Assembly: GCA_951406725.2 (NCBI GenBank)
Contig: OX597841.1
Coordinates: forward strand, 744,001 to 808,000
Origin: Octopus vulgaris
Lineage: Eukaryota
DNA length: 64,000 nucleotides
Reading direction: 5' to 3'
The notes under the pieces are model-generated. The model was given only the letters and a program-made list of their open reading frames with translations, was not told the DNA's origin and made no database searches. Of the stretch, positions 24,001-37,500 are shown piece by piece. Position numbers and translations under genes: made by a program. The stretch's first letter is position 1. The number at the start of each line of letters is the position of its first letter.

Positions 24001-27000
24001 TAGGTCAAGTATTACCTGTTAATAAAGAATCCATATAAATATTCTAAGTTGTTAACGTCCATCCAATCCTGCTGACCACCACTAGTGATCCCAGTAGGTC
24101 AAGTATTACCTGTTAATAAAGAATCCATATAAATATTCAAAGTTGTTAACGTCCACCCAATCCTGCTGACCACCACTAGTGATCCCAGTAGGTCAAGTAT
24201 TACCTGTTAATAAAGAATCCATATAAATATTCAAAGTTGTTAACGTCCACCCAATCCTGCTGACCACCACTAGTGATCCCAGTAGGTCAAGTGTTACCTG
24301 TTAATAAAGAATGCATATAAATATTCTAAGTTGTTAACGTCCATCCAATCCTGCTGACCACCACAAGTGATCCCAGTAGGATAATTATTACCTGTTAATA
24401 AAGAATGCATATAAATATTCAAAGTTGTTAACGTCCACCCAATCCTGCTGACCACCACTGGTGATCCCAGTAGGTCAAGTGTTACCTGTTAATAAAGAAT
24501 GCATATAAATATTCTAAGTTGTTAACGTCCACCCAATCCTGCTGACCACCCCAAGTGATCCAAGTAGGTCAAGTATTACCTGTTAATAAAGAAACCATAT
24601 AAATATTCTAAGTTGTTAACGTCCATCCAATCCTGCTGACCGCCACTAGTGATCCGAGTAGGTCATGTATTACTTGTTAATAAAGAAACCATATAAATAT
24701 TCAAAGTTGTTAACGTCCACCCTATCCTGCTGACCACCACTAGTGATCCCAGTAGGTTAAGTATTACCTGTTAATAAAGAATCCATATAAATATTCAAAG
24801 TTCTTAACGTCCACCCAATCCTGCTGACCACCACTAGTGATCCCAGTAGGTCAAGTATTACCTGTTAATAAAGAAACCATATAAATATTCTAAGTTGTTA
24901 ACGTCCACCCAATCCTGCTGACCACCAATAGTGATCCCAGTAGGTCAAGTATTACCTGTTAATAAAGAATCCATATAAATATTCTAAGTTGTTGACCTCC
25001 ATCCATTCCTGCTGACAACCACTAGTGATCCCAGTAGGTCAAGTATTACCTGTTAATAAAGAATCCATATAAATATTCTAAGTTGTTAACGTCCACCCAA
25101 TCCTGCTGACCACCACAAGTGATCCCAGTAGGTCAAGTATTACCTGTTAATAAAGAATCCATATAAACATTCTAAGTTGTTAACTTCCATCCAATCCTGC
25201 TGACCACCACTAGTTATTCCCAGTAGTCAAGTATTACCTGTTAATAAAGAATCCATATAAATATTCAAAGTTGTTAACGTCCACCCAATCCTGCTGACCA
25301 CCACTAGTGATCCCAGTAGGTCAAGTATTACCTGTTAATAAAGAATCCATATAAATATTCAAAGTTGTTAACGTCCATCCAATCCTGCTGACCGCCACTA
25401 GTGATCCCAGTAGGTCACGTATTACTTGTTAATAAAGAATCCATATAAATATTCTAAGTTGTTAACGTCCACCCTATCCTGCTGACCACCACTAGTGATC
25501 CCAGTAGGTCAAGTATTACCTGTTAATAAAGAATCCATATAAATATTCAAAGTTGTTAACGTCCACCCAATCCTGCTGACCACCACTAGTGATCCCAGTA
25601 GGTCAATTATTACCTGTTAATAAAGAATCCATATAAATATTCTAAGTTGTTAACGTACATCCAATCCTGCTGACCACCACTAGTGATCCCAGTAGGTCAA
25701 GTATTACCTGTTAATAAAGGATCCACAAAAATATTCTATGTCGTTAACGTCCACCCAATCCTGCTGACCACCACTAGTGATCCTAGTAGGTCAAGTATTA
25801 CCTGTTAATAAAGAATCCATAAAAATATTCTATGTTGTTCACGTCCACGCGATCCTGCTGACCACCACTAGTGATCTTAGAAGGACAAGTATTACCTGTT
25901 AATAAAGAATCCATATAAATATTCTAAGTTGCTAACCTCCATCCAATCCTGCTGACCACCACTAGTGATCCCAGTAGGTCAAGTATTAACTGTTAATAAA
26001 GAATCCATATAAATATTCTAAGTGGTTCACGTCCGCCCAATCCTGCTGACCACCACTAGTGATCCCAGTAGGTCAAGTATTACCTGTTAATAAATAATCC
26101 ATACAAAATATTCTAAGTTGTTAACGTCCATCCAATCCTGCTGACCACCACTAGTGATCCCAGTAGGTCAAGTATTACCTGTTAATAAAGAATCCATAAA
26201 AATATTCTATGTTGTTCACGTCCACCCAATCCTGCTGACCACCACTAGTGATCTTAGAAGGACAAGTATTACTTGTTAATAAATAATCCATATAAATATT
26301 CTAAGTTGTTAACCTCCATCCATTCCTGCTGACCACCACTAATGATCCCAGTAGGTCAAGTATTAACTGTTAATAAAGAATCCATATAAATATTCTAAGT
26401 TGTTAACGGCCATCCAATCCTGCTGACCACCACTAGTGATCCCAGTATGTCAAGTATTACCTGTTAATAAAGAATCCATATAAATATTCAAAGTTGTTAA
26501 CGTCCACCCAATCCTGCTGACCACCACTAGTGATCTTCGAAGGACAAGTATTACCTGTTAATAAAGAAACCATATAAATATTCTAAGTTGTTAACCTCCA
26601 TCCAATCCTGCTGACCACCACTAGTGATCCCAGTAGGTCAAGTATTAACTGTTAATAAAGAATCCATATAAATATTCTAAGTGGTTAACGTCCATCCAAT
26701 CCTGCTGGCCACCACTAGTGATCCCAGTAGGTCAAGTATTACCTATTAATAAAGTATCCATATAAATATTCTAAGATGTTAACGGCCATCCAATCCTGCT
26801 GACCACCACTAGTGATCCCAGTAGGTCAAGTATTACCTATTAATAAAGTATCCATATAAATATTCTAAATTGTTAACCTCCATCCAATCCTGCTGACCAC
26901 CACTAGTGATCCCAGTAGGTCAAGTATTACCTGTTAATAAAGAATCCATATAAATATTCTAAGATGTTAACGTCCATCCAATCCTGCTGACCACCAATAG

Positions 27001-27246
27001 TGATCCCAGTAGGTCAAGTATTACCTATTAATAAAGTATCGATATAAATATTCTAAGATGTTAACGTCCATCCAATCCTGCTGACCACCACTAGTGATAC
27101 CAGTAGGTCTAGTATTACCTGTTAATAAAGAATCCATATAAATATTCTAAATTGTTAACCTCCATCCAATCCTGCTGACCACCACTAGTGATCCCAGTAG
27201 GTCAAGTATTACCTGTTAATAAAGAATCCATATAAATATTCAAAGT
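21041..27246 (+). repeat. Tandem satellite, 94-bp unit, ~66 copies, starting 28 nt after the gene A stop codon
   Basis: Consensus GTTGTTAACGTCCATCCAATCCTGCTGACCACCACTAGTGATCCCAGTAGGTCAAGTATTACCTGTTAATAAAGAATCCATATAAATATTCTAA. Period 21041 to 21135 is 94. Confidence 0.97.
21108..21113 (+). promoter_or_regulatory. First candidate polyadenylation signal (AATAAA) of gene A, repeated in nearly every satellite unit
   Basis: AATAAA ~95 nt after the stop codon on the sense strand. Confidence 0.5.
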
Positions 27247-27357
27247 CCGTCTTTTGAGTTGTGATTGGCTTTCTCTTACCTAAGAGACAGAGCTGTTGTT
27301 GTTGTTGTTGTTGTTGTTCTTGTTGTTGTTGCTGCTGCTGCTGTTCTAGTTCATACT

Positions 27358-27700
27358 AAATGCGTTGCACCTTAGGTAAGTGTCTTCTACCAAAGCCTTG
27401 TGAGTGGATTTAGTAGGCGGGAACCGAAAGAAACATGTCGTATGTGTGTGTGTGTGTTTCTGTATGTATGTGTGTATGTGTGTTTTTATGCGTGTGCTTG
27501 CCACCCTCCCCACCAACATCGATTGATAAACAATGCTGGTACGTTTACGTCCCCGTAACTTTGTGGGTCGGCAAAAGAGACCGATAGAATAAGTACTAGG
27601 CTTACAAAGAATAAGGCCTGAAGTTGATTTGTTCTACTAAAGACGGTGCTCCAGCATGGCCGCTGTCAAATAACTGAAATAAATACAAGAAAAGAATAAT
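27358..27700 (+). mobile_element. SINE family 1, diverged copy
   Basis: Matches 20058-20417. Confidence 0.72.
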
Positions 27701-28004
27701 AAACGGCTAGTATTCTGATTTCGAATTTAAACCTTAAGTTTGGGATGAGGTCAACCTTATAGCAGTTTATATATATTGTTAAAATCTTTTATCCTTTATG
27801 GAAAATGATGTAAACCTCTGTAGAGACAACTGGAATTTTAGAAGTATAAGTGACTAATATCAAAGAAGAACCAACGGTATCCACTAGTATATATACTTAT
27901 ATAGAACCTCCAATATCGTTAGTCGATATTGAGCAAAACTGGTGTACACTTGGGTAAAATTTATCCCTAGGAAAAAACAACCTCTTTTCATACAAAGTTA
28001 TATA

Positions 28005-28040
<36 letters not shown>

Positions 28041-28041
<1 letters not shown>

Positions 28042-28348
28042 AGGCGCAATGGACCATTTGTTAGGGCAGCGGACTCGCGGTTGTATGATCGCGGTTTCGA
28101 TTCCCAGACCGGGGTTTGTGAGTGTTTATTGAGCGAAGACACCTAAAGCTCCACGAGGCTCCTGCAGGGGGTGGTGGCGGTCCATGCTGTACTCTTTCGC
28201 CATAACTTTCTTTCACTCTTTCTTCTGTTGGCCTGCTTGCTTAGCCAGCGGGGTGGCGTCATTTGAAGGCTAAAACAATGCGAAGCACATTGTGACCAGC
28301 GATGTGTAGCAACAGGTGATAGCTTGGTCGGTCACGGTGAACACAGTG

Positions 28349-28350
<2 letters not shown>
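28041..28350 (+). mobile_element. tRNA-derived SINE family 3
   Basis: Same head as 17192 with a different (presumably native) body, ending in (TA)n. Confidence 0.75.
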
Positions 28351-28382
<32 letters not shown>

Positions 28383-28585
28383 AATAAATCTCTGAACGAA
28401 GTATAAACAGTAACTGTACGATAACGTGAGGTATATTTGCCATCTCAATATGGCTAACCACTAAGAGTGGGTGTTACTGTAGCTTGTAGCCCCAGGAGAT
28501 CATCTACTCCAGCTGGCTTTAGGCACCCTTTCTGTGCCCTTAATGTATTTGCACACAACAATTCCACTATTACTACTCACAGTAA

Positions 28586-28629
<44 letters not shown>

Positions 28630-28645
28630 AGAAAACATCACTTAC

Positions 28646-28806
28646 CGTCGTTCCATACGACTTTCATTTTTGTGTCAGAAAAACGGATTGAAGGAGAATG
28701 ATCTTTGTAACCAAACGAACAAGATGCCGGAAGCTCATCGATAACCAGCCGGCCGCTTACTTTTGTACATGTGTTGCCTTTTGTTATATAGAAGCTATAT
28801 TTTCCT
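28646..28806 (-). pseudogene. Gene C exon 4
   Basis: GKYSFYITKGNTCTKVSGRLVIDELPASCSFGYKDHSPSIRFSDTKMKVVWND, 161 nt, CACAG/GTAAGT boundaries, conserved GW changed to GR. No exon 5 found downstream. Confidence 0.8.
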
Positions 28807-29036
28807 CTGTGAAGTTAACAAAAGTTGGTTGGGTTTCAGAATATGAAAATCTAAGCATTTATGAAATATACATCAATATGTCCGCTTTACACAATTGAAT
28901 CGGTCAGTGTTCAAAATAGCCTTCAGTGTAGCATACTTAAACTATATATCTGTAGCCTACGAAAAGTGTTTCTTACTATTATATTTCTCTACATAACGAA
29001 ACGAAAGAAAATAAGAAAAAAGATATGTAAACATAC

Positions 29037-29200
29037 TTATTTAGCTCCACTGAGAAACGCAATTTTGTGGCTGAAGCTAGATCGTCTCATGGTGAACTTT
29101 TCAAATTTTCCTGAGAGAAACAGGTTTTAAGGGTTGTATTTCGTCCATCAAATATCATAGTTACCACATCTGTTTGGTTTTCGTAGAGCACCAGTTTCAC
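29037..29200 (-). pseudogene. Gene C exon 3 with in-frame stop
   Basis: VKLVLYENQTDVVTMIFDGRNTTLKTCFSQENLKSSP*DDLAS. One conserved Trp codon is TGA (29089-29087) and another is Cys. AG/GT boundaries are retained. Confidence 0.8.
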
Positions 29201-29374
29201 CTGCAAAAGAAATGTTCATTTCATTAGTTGGTTCATAAACTTTTGGACATTAAATTGTTAACTTATTTATTTATTAAAATGATAGTTTTAATAACATACA
29301 TACATATAGTATATCATTCTATGTATATAAAATAATAATACACGCAATTATTAAAAAACTTGAATATAAATTAT

Positions 29375-29418
<44 letters not shown>

Positions 29419-30511
29419 CATACATACATATATATATATTTATTTATACATATCGACATCTCTCTCTTCCTCTCTCTCAATATATGTATATATATATGTG
29501 TGTGTGTGTCATATATATGACATGAACGAAGATTCATCTGATATCCACGCACATTACGGATTTTACTGTAATGATCCCGGGAATATGGACTAAGTTCGTA
29601 CGAAATATGCGATCATCGGAAACGCGCGTAGCGAGGGATTTAAATACTTATAAATCCCATCCATGGATTATTATTACTATAACTATGTTTATCCTACTTT
29701 GAATCAGAACACCTCGGTACAATTCCATAAAAACGCTGTTGCAGGTTCGAACCATTGGACGGTAGCCGACGCAATGAAATAGCAGTTTTTTATGAGTACT
29801 CAAAAAACGAGCTTGTGTGTGTGTGCGTGTGTGCATGTGTGTGCGTGTGTGCATGTGTGTGCGTGCTTGCGTCTATTTATGCGCGTTTGTGTGTGTGTGT
29901 GTGTATTTGTATACTTAAACTTCGAACACTAAGAACAAGTGTTCAACACCGTTTTGGTGGATAAAATTCGTCTATTTAAGCTACCATTAGTTACACGTTC
30001 AGATGAACTTCTTAATATCTGAACAATTTTGAAAGCTAATTGCCCGCAAGGAATGGCATTCCGCTCTATTGTGGAGGAAAACACGAAAAATCTCAGGAAA
30101 AATTTCCTGAATTTACATGACATAGATTCTATGACATATAGAAACAAGTAATCAAGGGAAGTTACTCTCTAATGACAACTTTTGATTGATTACCTCCCTG
30201 GGATTTAAATACTTTGTTGGATGGTGAATTTGCATCATATCATATTATGTTATATTCTTGGTGTATGTGGAGGGAATTCCTCGGGGTAGGGGTGGCATGT
30301 GTGGAGTTCTTGTGTTGTATATATTGAATGTTTACGCTTCGAGAAAGAAACTATCCTCCTGGGATTGTTGGCATGGGAGGTTCCTCTTTGACATATCGGA
30401 GTATGAAATATTGCTTGTGTATGTAGCGAGAGAAGGTCTCATCCCTAATATTTAAGATATTATCTGTTGACTGTATGATATTTAGCTTTTCAGTGATACA
30501 GAGCTAATCAT

Positions 30512-30767
30512 TGTAAAGTATACTAGCCATCTCAATATGGCTAACCACTAAGGGTGGGTGTTACTGTAGCCCCAGGAGATCATCGTCTCCAGCTGGCTTT
30601 AGGCACACTTTCTGTGCACTTATGGTATTTGCAAATACCATAAATACCATAAGGGCACAGAAAGTGTGCCTAAAGCCACCTGGAGGAGATGTTCTCCTGG
30701 GGCTACAAGCTACAGTAACACCCACCCTTAGTGGTTAGCCATATTGAGATGGCTAGTATACTTTACA
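30512..30767. mobile_element. Near-perfect palindromic MITE (related family, ~120-bp arms)
   Basis: TGTAAAGTATACTAGCCATCTCAATATGGCTAACC...GGTTAGCCATATTGAGATGGCTAGTATACTTTACA. A half copy lies at ~28432-28552. Confidence 0.8.
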
Positions 30768-30856
30768 TTGTCGTGCAGTTACTGTTTACATCTCGTTCAG
30801 AGATTTATTAGAGCTAATCAAAATATCTATAAAAGGGTGGATGTGTGCGCGCGCGC

Positions 30857-30888
<32 letters not shown>

Positions 30889-31665
30889 ACATGATTGTAA
30901 TTTACGCACATCCACAAATTAGCACGCATGTCGCTCAAATTTTAGGAGGACATTTGTCAACACCCTATCTGGGTTTTATCAACTTATGTTTTTCCCGAGG
31001 CACCCGCGGATAAGGTGAAAATCTATTTTCAACCATTTTCAACCAGTTGTCCCCAGGTGTAGTCGTCTGTTACTTCTTCATTTTCTGTTGACATTTTCCA
31101 TGTTGTTTTCCATCCGTGACGCTTCTGTCTCCTTTGGTATATATCCTTTGGATGGTTTGTCTGGTAAAATCAGAAAGAGGTTTTCAAGTGATGTGTCCTA
31201 GCTAACCTCATTTTCTGCTCTTGATCTGGGCTCTGACAGGTTCCTGGTTCGTCTGTTCCCACAAGGTTTTGTTTGTTACTCAATCTTGCCATCTCCCAAG
31301 AAGAATGACAAACTAATTCGGCTTTGAATCCAAGTACCACCGAGGTCCACATGCTTTACTTTCTGCCGAGCTCAATAAAACTTTTACCAGTCATGTATCG
31401 TAAGCTGATTTCATCGATTTTGTTTCCCATTTACTCATCAAACCCCAAAAGGAGATTCTTTTGTCTACGATAATCTTTTCTTATTACTGCGGTTTGCCGC
31501 GGATTGAATTCTATTCAACACTGTTTCGCCTTCCTCATAAATAATTTTTGTAGGTCAAAAATGTAACAAACAATTGAATTGATCTAAATATCTGTTAATC
31601 ATTATTACTATTAATAATAAATCTTAGAGCGAGTTATAAACGGTAGCTACAACAGATGTGACGTA

Positions 31666-31914
31666 TATTTGCCATTTAAATATGGCTAACCCCTAAGGGT
31701 GGATGCTACTGTAGTTTGTAGCCCCAGGAGGACACCTCCTCCCGCTGGCTATAGACACATTTTCTGTTCTCTATCAGTATTTGCAAAGGGAAACCATCCT
31801 TCCCGTCTTCAACGTATGATATACACGGACTCGAGTTTCTGGGAGGTGTCCTCCTGGGGCTACAAACTACCGTAGCATCCACCCTTAGAGGTTAGCCATA
31901 TTTAAATGGCAAAT
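31666..31914. mobile_element. MITE, paralogous copy in gene C
   Basis: Reverse complement of 16941-17190. Confidence 0.8.
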
Positions 31915-31922
31915 AATAATCA

Positions 31923-32035
<113 letters not shown>

Positions 32036-32039
32036 GCCT

Positions 32040-32116
<77 letters not shown>

Positions 32117-32122
32117 GTAGTT

Positions 32123-32183
<61 letters not shown>

Positions 32184-32191
32184 AAGTAGTA

Positions 32192-33235
32192 GAATTGGCT
32201 TCAAAGCTGAATACCTGAAACATAATTTCGGCCATGAACTTATGCGCAGCCGCAGTAGTTCGGTATGGCGCTGGGATCCTTCACTGAACAGAGGAGGAGA
32301 GATAAGAGTTGGACAGGAAGACAAGGAAGCGTCTAATGATGCATGGAGGCCATCATCCATGTGCAGACACTGATCGTCTCTACACGAAGAGAGCAAATGG
32401 AGGAAGGGTACTGATAAGTGTGCAAGACTGCGTAGGTATCGAACTCGGGAACTTGATGAGACAGATATGCTAAAGCGAGGAAAGCTTGCTAGTGGCAGTT
32501 AGGACTGAGGGAGTATTGAAAGCCGAGAAAAAAACGGCAAAACAAAGGAAGAAATACAAAAAAGGACAAGGAAAAGCATAAGGCAAAAAGGGACTCCGCA
32601 ATCATTTCCCTGTAACCACAAAAGAAGTTGTTGGAAAACTTAGGTGGGATTGGCTGAAAAAAGGGACAGTGAAAAAAGGGACTGACAGCACTATACTGGC
32701 AGCACATAATCATGGTTTGTCCAGGAATTCGAGGGTCAACCTTAGGAATGAGCAAGTGGCTCCCCTGTGCCGTATCTGTAATAGAGTGGACGAAATCCTT
32801 GTTCATATCACTTACGAATGGCCTAGACTTGTGAAGAATCACAAGTTGCGGCGACACAATTAGGTAGAGAAAGTACGACGTTGGAAAGTGCGCGGAAAGT
32901 GGGGGTTAGAGAGAGGCAAGACGTGGCATGAGAACAAATCGCAGAGAATGGTGGAGCCGGAGTATAGCAAAATCCTCTGAGATTTCCACATCCAAACAAA
33001 TCAGGTGCTAGAACGTAACAGAGTGGATCAAGTGGTTGCCGACTAGATGCACCACATGTGCTACATGGTTGATGTTGCGTGCCCCTTTGATCCGCGAGTA
33101 ATCGACAAGGAAGGCGAAAAGAATAGATACATACAACCCTCTGAAGTGCGAAATATTCTAGCTATGGAAACTGAAGCAGGTGAAAAATAGTGCCAATCAT
33201 TGAGGGGTTCTTAGGGACAGTATCAGAAGACTGGA
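32192..33235 (+). mobile_element. Old degenerate R4-like RT/RLE fragment
   Basis: LDRKTRKRLMMHGGHHPCADTDRLY..GG, PLCRICN, RHN motifs with many stops. Confidence 0.75.
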
Positions 33236-33651
33236 ATACTCGCGGAGTGAATGTACGAAAATCTGGAAATAAATGGTGTCCTGCCACATGAGCAGAAGAG
33301 TTGCAATTTTTTTGCAGGTTATTATGTGGCTTGAAAATGCTTTGCATACCAATGCTTTTTAATTGAACTGAATTATTATTATTATTTTTTAATTATCACC
33401 GTTATAGGCATTTATACTCTGGTGTAATTAAGAAATCAAGCCCTAAGTAAAAGAAATCCTCGAATCCATCACTGTATACACACACACACATACACACACA
33501 CAACACCCATACAGTCGCATATCTATGTATGTATTTATGTATGTACACACACCTGTCTACGCGCATAGGCACAATCAGATCTATACACACGCAGACTTGG
33601 GTCTATTCATATGAAAAAGAAAGTGACCTCGGCGGAATTAATATTAATAAC

Positions 33652-33719
<68 letters not shown>

Positions 33720-33729
33720 TAATAATAAC

Positions 33730-33761
<32 letters not shown>

Positions 33762-33882
33762 CAACAACAACAACAAGAATAATAATAATAATAATAATAA
33801 GAAGAAGAAGAAGAAGAATAACAACAACAACAACAACAGCAACAATAATAACAACAACAACAACAACAACAAGAATAATAAC

Positions 33883-33936
<54 letters not shown>

Positions 33937-33937
<1 letters not shown>

Positions 33938-34490
33938 CCATGATGTAGTACCAGGCAGTGGCTCTCATGGCTTCTCATCTTAACTGATTGGAAATGTTAT
34001 CGTGTACATTGTTTTGTCTTGGTATAAAAGATGGTCTACAGCAAATATTCTGCTCAATACCACAGATTTGCTTGTCAGTTGTTTGACCTTAACCAGTTGA
34101 GCATATCCCTTTGTGGATGATGATATGTGCATCTCTGATCACGATCAGAAGTAGTGGGGGAGCATCATAGCCATGTGTTGAGAGGGATTCTTTGGGGCTT
34201 GAATAATTCACCTCTGGAAACATGGGTGGTTCTTTCAACATCCTTAAACAACCCTTATTCAGGGACCTTTTGAGCAGGATGGGCTACTCAACCTGAAGAA
34301 ATTTCTAACTGGGCCCCACCTGCAAGGTCATGCGCTGTTTATCTTGATATGAGATCACCATGTCGCGCACATATGGTTTTGATGCATGTGCCTGGTGTAC
34401 CCTTATCAGACGGGTAGTCATGATGGGTATATTGGGCTTCGTATATTTTACCCTAGTGTCACTTTGATGGCATGAACTGCTCTCACACTC
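33937..34490 (+). mobile_element. Second copy of the ~550-bp (TAA)n-inserted element
   Basis: (AAT)n on both sides. Matches 7217-7746. A 5' fragment also occurs at 58091-58143. Confidence 0.7.
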
Positions 34491-34582
<92 letters not shown>

Positions 34583-37500
34583 GGAAAACTAAATCAGTAT
34601 ACCAAATCGCTTGCCCTATGGTTAATCTGGAAGCGCGTCCCCCAGGGAAGAGCCAGCCTGGGATCGAAAAGTCATCAACTGGCACAAACTCTTCTCCGAA
34701 TACGGACATGGATGGTCACTTGAACGGGAAATCCCCCAACTCGAGCTCTCCAAGTTCACCACCACAACCACCACAGAAAGAAAAATGTAAGCGGAACAAA
34801 TGGACCCGAGAAGAGTATAAAGAAGTAATATACGCTTATTACTATGCATTAGGTAGGCCATCTCAAGAGAGACACACCGCAAACTCTTACAGTATATGGA
34901 GAACACGGAATCAAGACAGTAGGCCCTATTTGGACGAGAACAAATTAGCAAATGTGAGGAGGGATATCCTTAGAAATAACAGACTCACAGACAGTGAAAT
35001 AAGCGCGATCAAGCACGCAACGGAAAATGACATAAATATAAGACACAAAGGAAATGAAGAATCAGATGAACAGTATAGCCCGCCACGAGGCTTAATTGAA
35101 AGACTGCCATCTGACCAAAGTACTCAAAGGCCTGAAGATACAAGAAATTCTATTGTACCTGTTAAAGATAGCCAGGAAAACGAAAAAACAACAGTAACTG
35201 AAGATCTCGCATTAGCTGAAGAACACAGAGAGTCTATGGCAGAAATGAGGCAGAAAATCCTGAATACGCTTGAAGTTGTAAAACATACAAGTATGAATGA
35301 TAGAGAACCACTTCATAAACTCTCAAATACAAACAAAAATAAAAAACAAATCCAAATTGGCAACTATGTAACAAATGAAATAATACGAGAATTAAAACCT
35401 GATTTTACTGAGTTAAATGAAATTATTTACGCTTCTGCTAGGGCAATTGAAACCAGCTGTATGCCCCCGAAAAAACAAAGAAAACAAAACCTGGGAAGAA
35501 ATCAAACCTGGAGAAGTAAAATTGAAAAAGAGATTGAATTTATGAGAGGGGAAATATCAATATTAAATGAACTAATATGTGGAAATGATGTAAGATCCAG
35601 AACAGGAAGAAATATGAAGAGAAAATTTGGATCCTCACCAAGAGAAGAACTGATATCAATAAAAGAAACGCTGAAACAAAAAGTCCAAGCAAAAGCCCAA
35701 AGAATACGAAGATTTGAAAAAGAAACAAGTTTTACAAGCAAAATAAGCTGTTCACATCCAATGCCAAAAAATTCTACAGAGAAATAGGGAAGGAGAAAGT
35801 AACCGTTAAAGACCCCCTCCCATGGAAGAAGTTCAAAACTTTTGGAAAAGGATTTGGAGTGACAAGAAGACGTACAACATAAATGCAGACTGAATTATAC
35901 AAACTGAAGGATCCTACCAAAATTTACAACAACAAGCATGGGAAGACATCACAATAGCAGACCTAAGAAAGGCACTCATGAAGGCCCATAATTGGAAATC
36001 CCCCGGTAAAGATAGGGTGCCGAATTTCTGGCTCGCATCGCTCCCATGCGCACACGGTAAGCTAGTTCAGCTGCTCAATGGAATTATGAGAGACCCAAAG
36101 AAAACACCTGAATGGTTAGCAAGTGGCATTACTTACCTACTCCCAAAGAATAACGAAACCAACCTTCCAAAAAACTATCGGCCTATAACCTGTCTATCTA
36201 CCACGTATAAAATCGTAACATCTATCCTGGCGGAGAAAACATATGCATTCATGGAGAAGAACGATATTTTCCCCATTGAACAAAAAGGGTGCCGCCGAGG
36301 CTCTTACGGATGCAAAGATCAACTGCTAATCAATCGTATGATCCTTGAGAACTGTCACAACAAACGCAGAAATCTCAGCACCGCATGGATTGACTACAAA
36401 AAAGCCTTCGACAGTATACCGCATCCATGGATCTTGAGATCGCTGGACATCTTCAAAATTTCCCCTGTGATTTCAAACTTCCTGAAGCACAATATGTCGT
36501 TGTGGAATACGAATCTCCAATTATACCACTCTAATGGAGTACTTGCCTCAGAAAATATAAACATCAACTGTGGAATTTTTCAAGGTGACTCACTTTCACC
36601 TTTAATATTCTGCATAGCCCTAATACCCCTTACAAGTGAATTAAACAGAACAGGGTATGGGTATAAAATTGCCAATAAAAAAATAAGCCACCTATTTTAT
36701 ATGGATGACTTAAAACTTTATGGTAAAGACAATAATGAACTTGAAGGCCTATTGCGCACCGTGAAAGCATTCAGCGATGACATCGGGATGGAGTTTGGAC
36801 TTGAGAAGTGTGCCAAGGCCACTTTCCAGAAAGGGAAAGTGAAGACCACAAATTCAGTCGTGTTAGATGTTGACACAGTCATAAGAGAGCTTGAGCAAGA
36901 ACAAACATACAAATATTTAGGGATAAATGAAGGCTCTGGTATTCAGCATGCAAGCATGAAAGAGAAGATCAGGAAGGAATGTTATAGGAGAGTTCGTGCA
37001 GTCCTGAAATCTGAACTAAATGCACGTAACAAGGTGTTAGCTATAAATTCCTTAGCAGTTACAGTTGTTACTTATAGCTATAATGTGTTGAACTGGAATA
37101 TGAGTGAAGTAAAGAATATAGATAGGAAAATACGCAAGCTGCTGAGTTGTAATAGGATGCACCACCCAAAGGCAGACGTAGATCGCCTTTACCTTCCCAG
37201 AGCCCAAGAAGGTCGAGGCCTGATCCAATTTGAACTAGCTTACAAAACAACCACAATTGGACTGGCCAAATATCTCGAAATATCGAATGACTGGATGCTA
37301 AAGCTCGTGGAAAATCACGAGAGACGAAAGAAGCTTCATTCTATCATAAAGGAAAGCAAAAAATTTGCTATTGATCTCGTGCAGGATACCCAAACTGAAC
37401 AACCCGAGGGAAGTACGGCAACTATTGTTGCAAAGAAGGTGAAAATGATGGCAATGAAAAAAGCGCACGAGCAATTGGCTGATAGGTGGGAGGAGAAACC

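Noticed and set aside
21041-27246. CRISPR-like array
   Set aside because: Units are contiguous near-identical 94-mers with no unique spacers, there are no cas genes, and the context is eukaryotic.
29940-30470. Possible very old Penelope-like RT remnant (FRSIV.., LFDI..)
   Set aside because: Motif similarity is too weak to support by eye.
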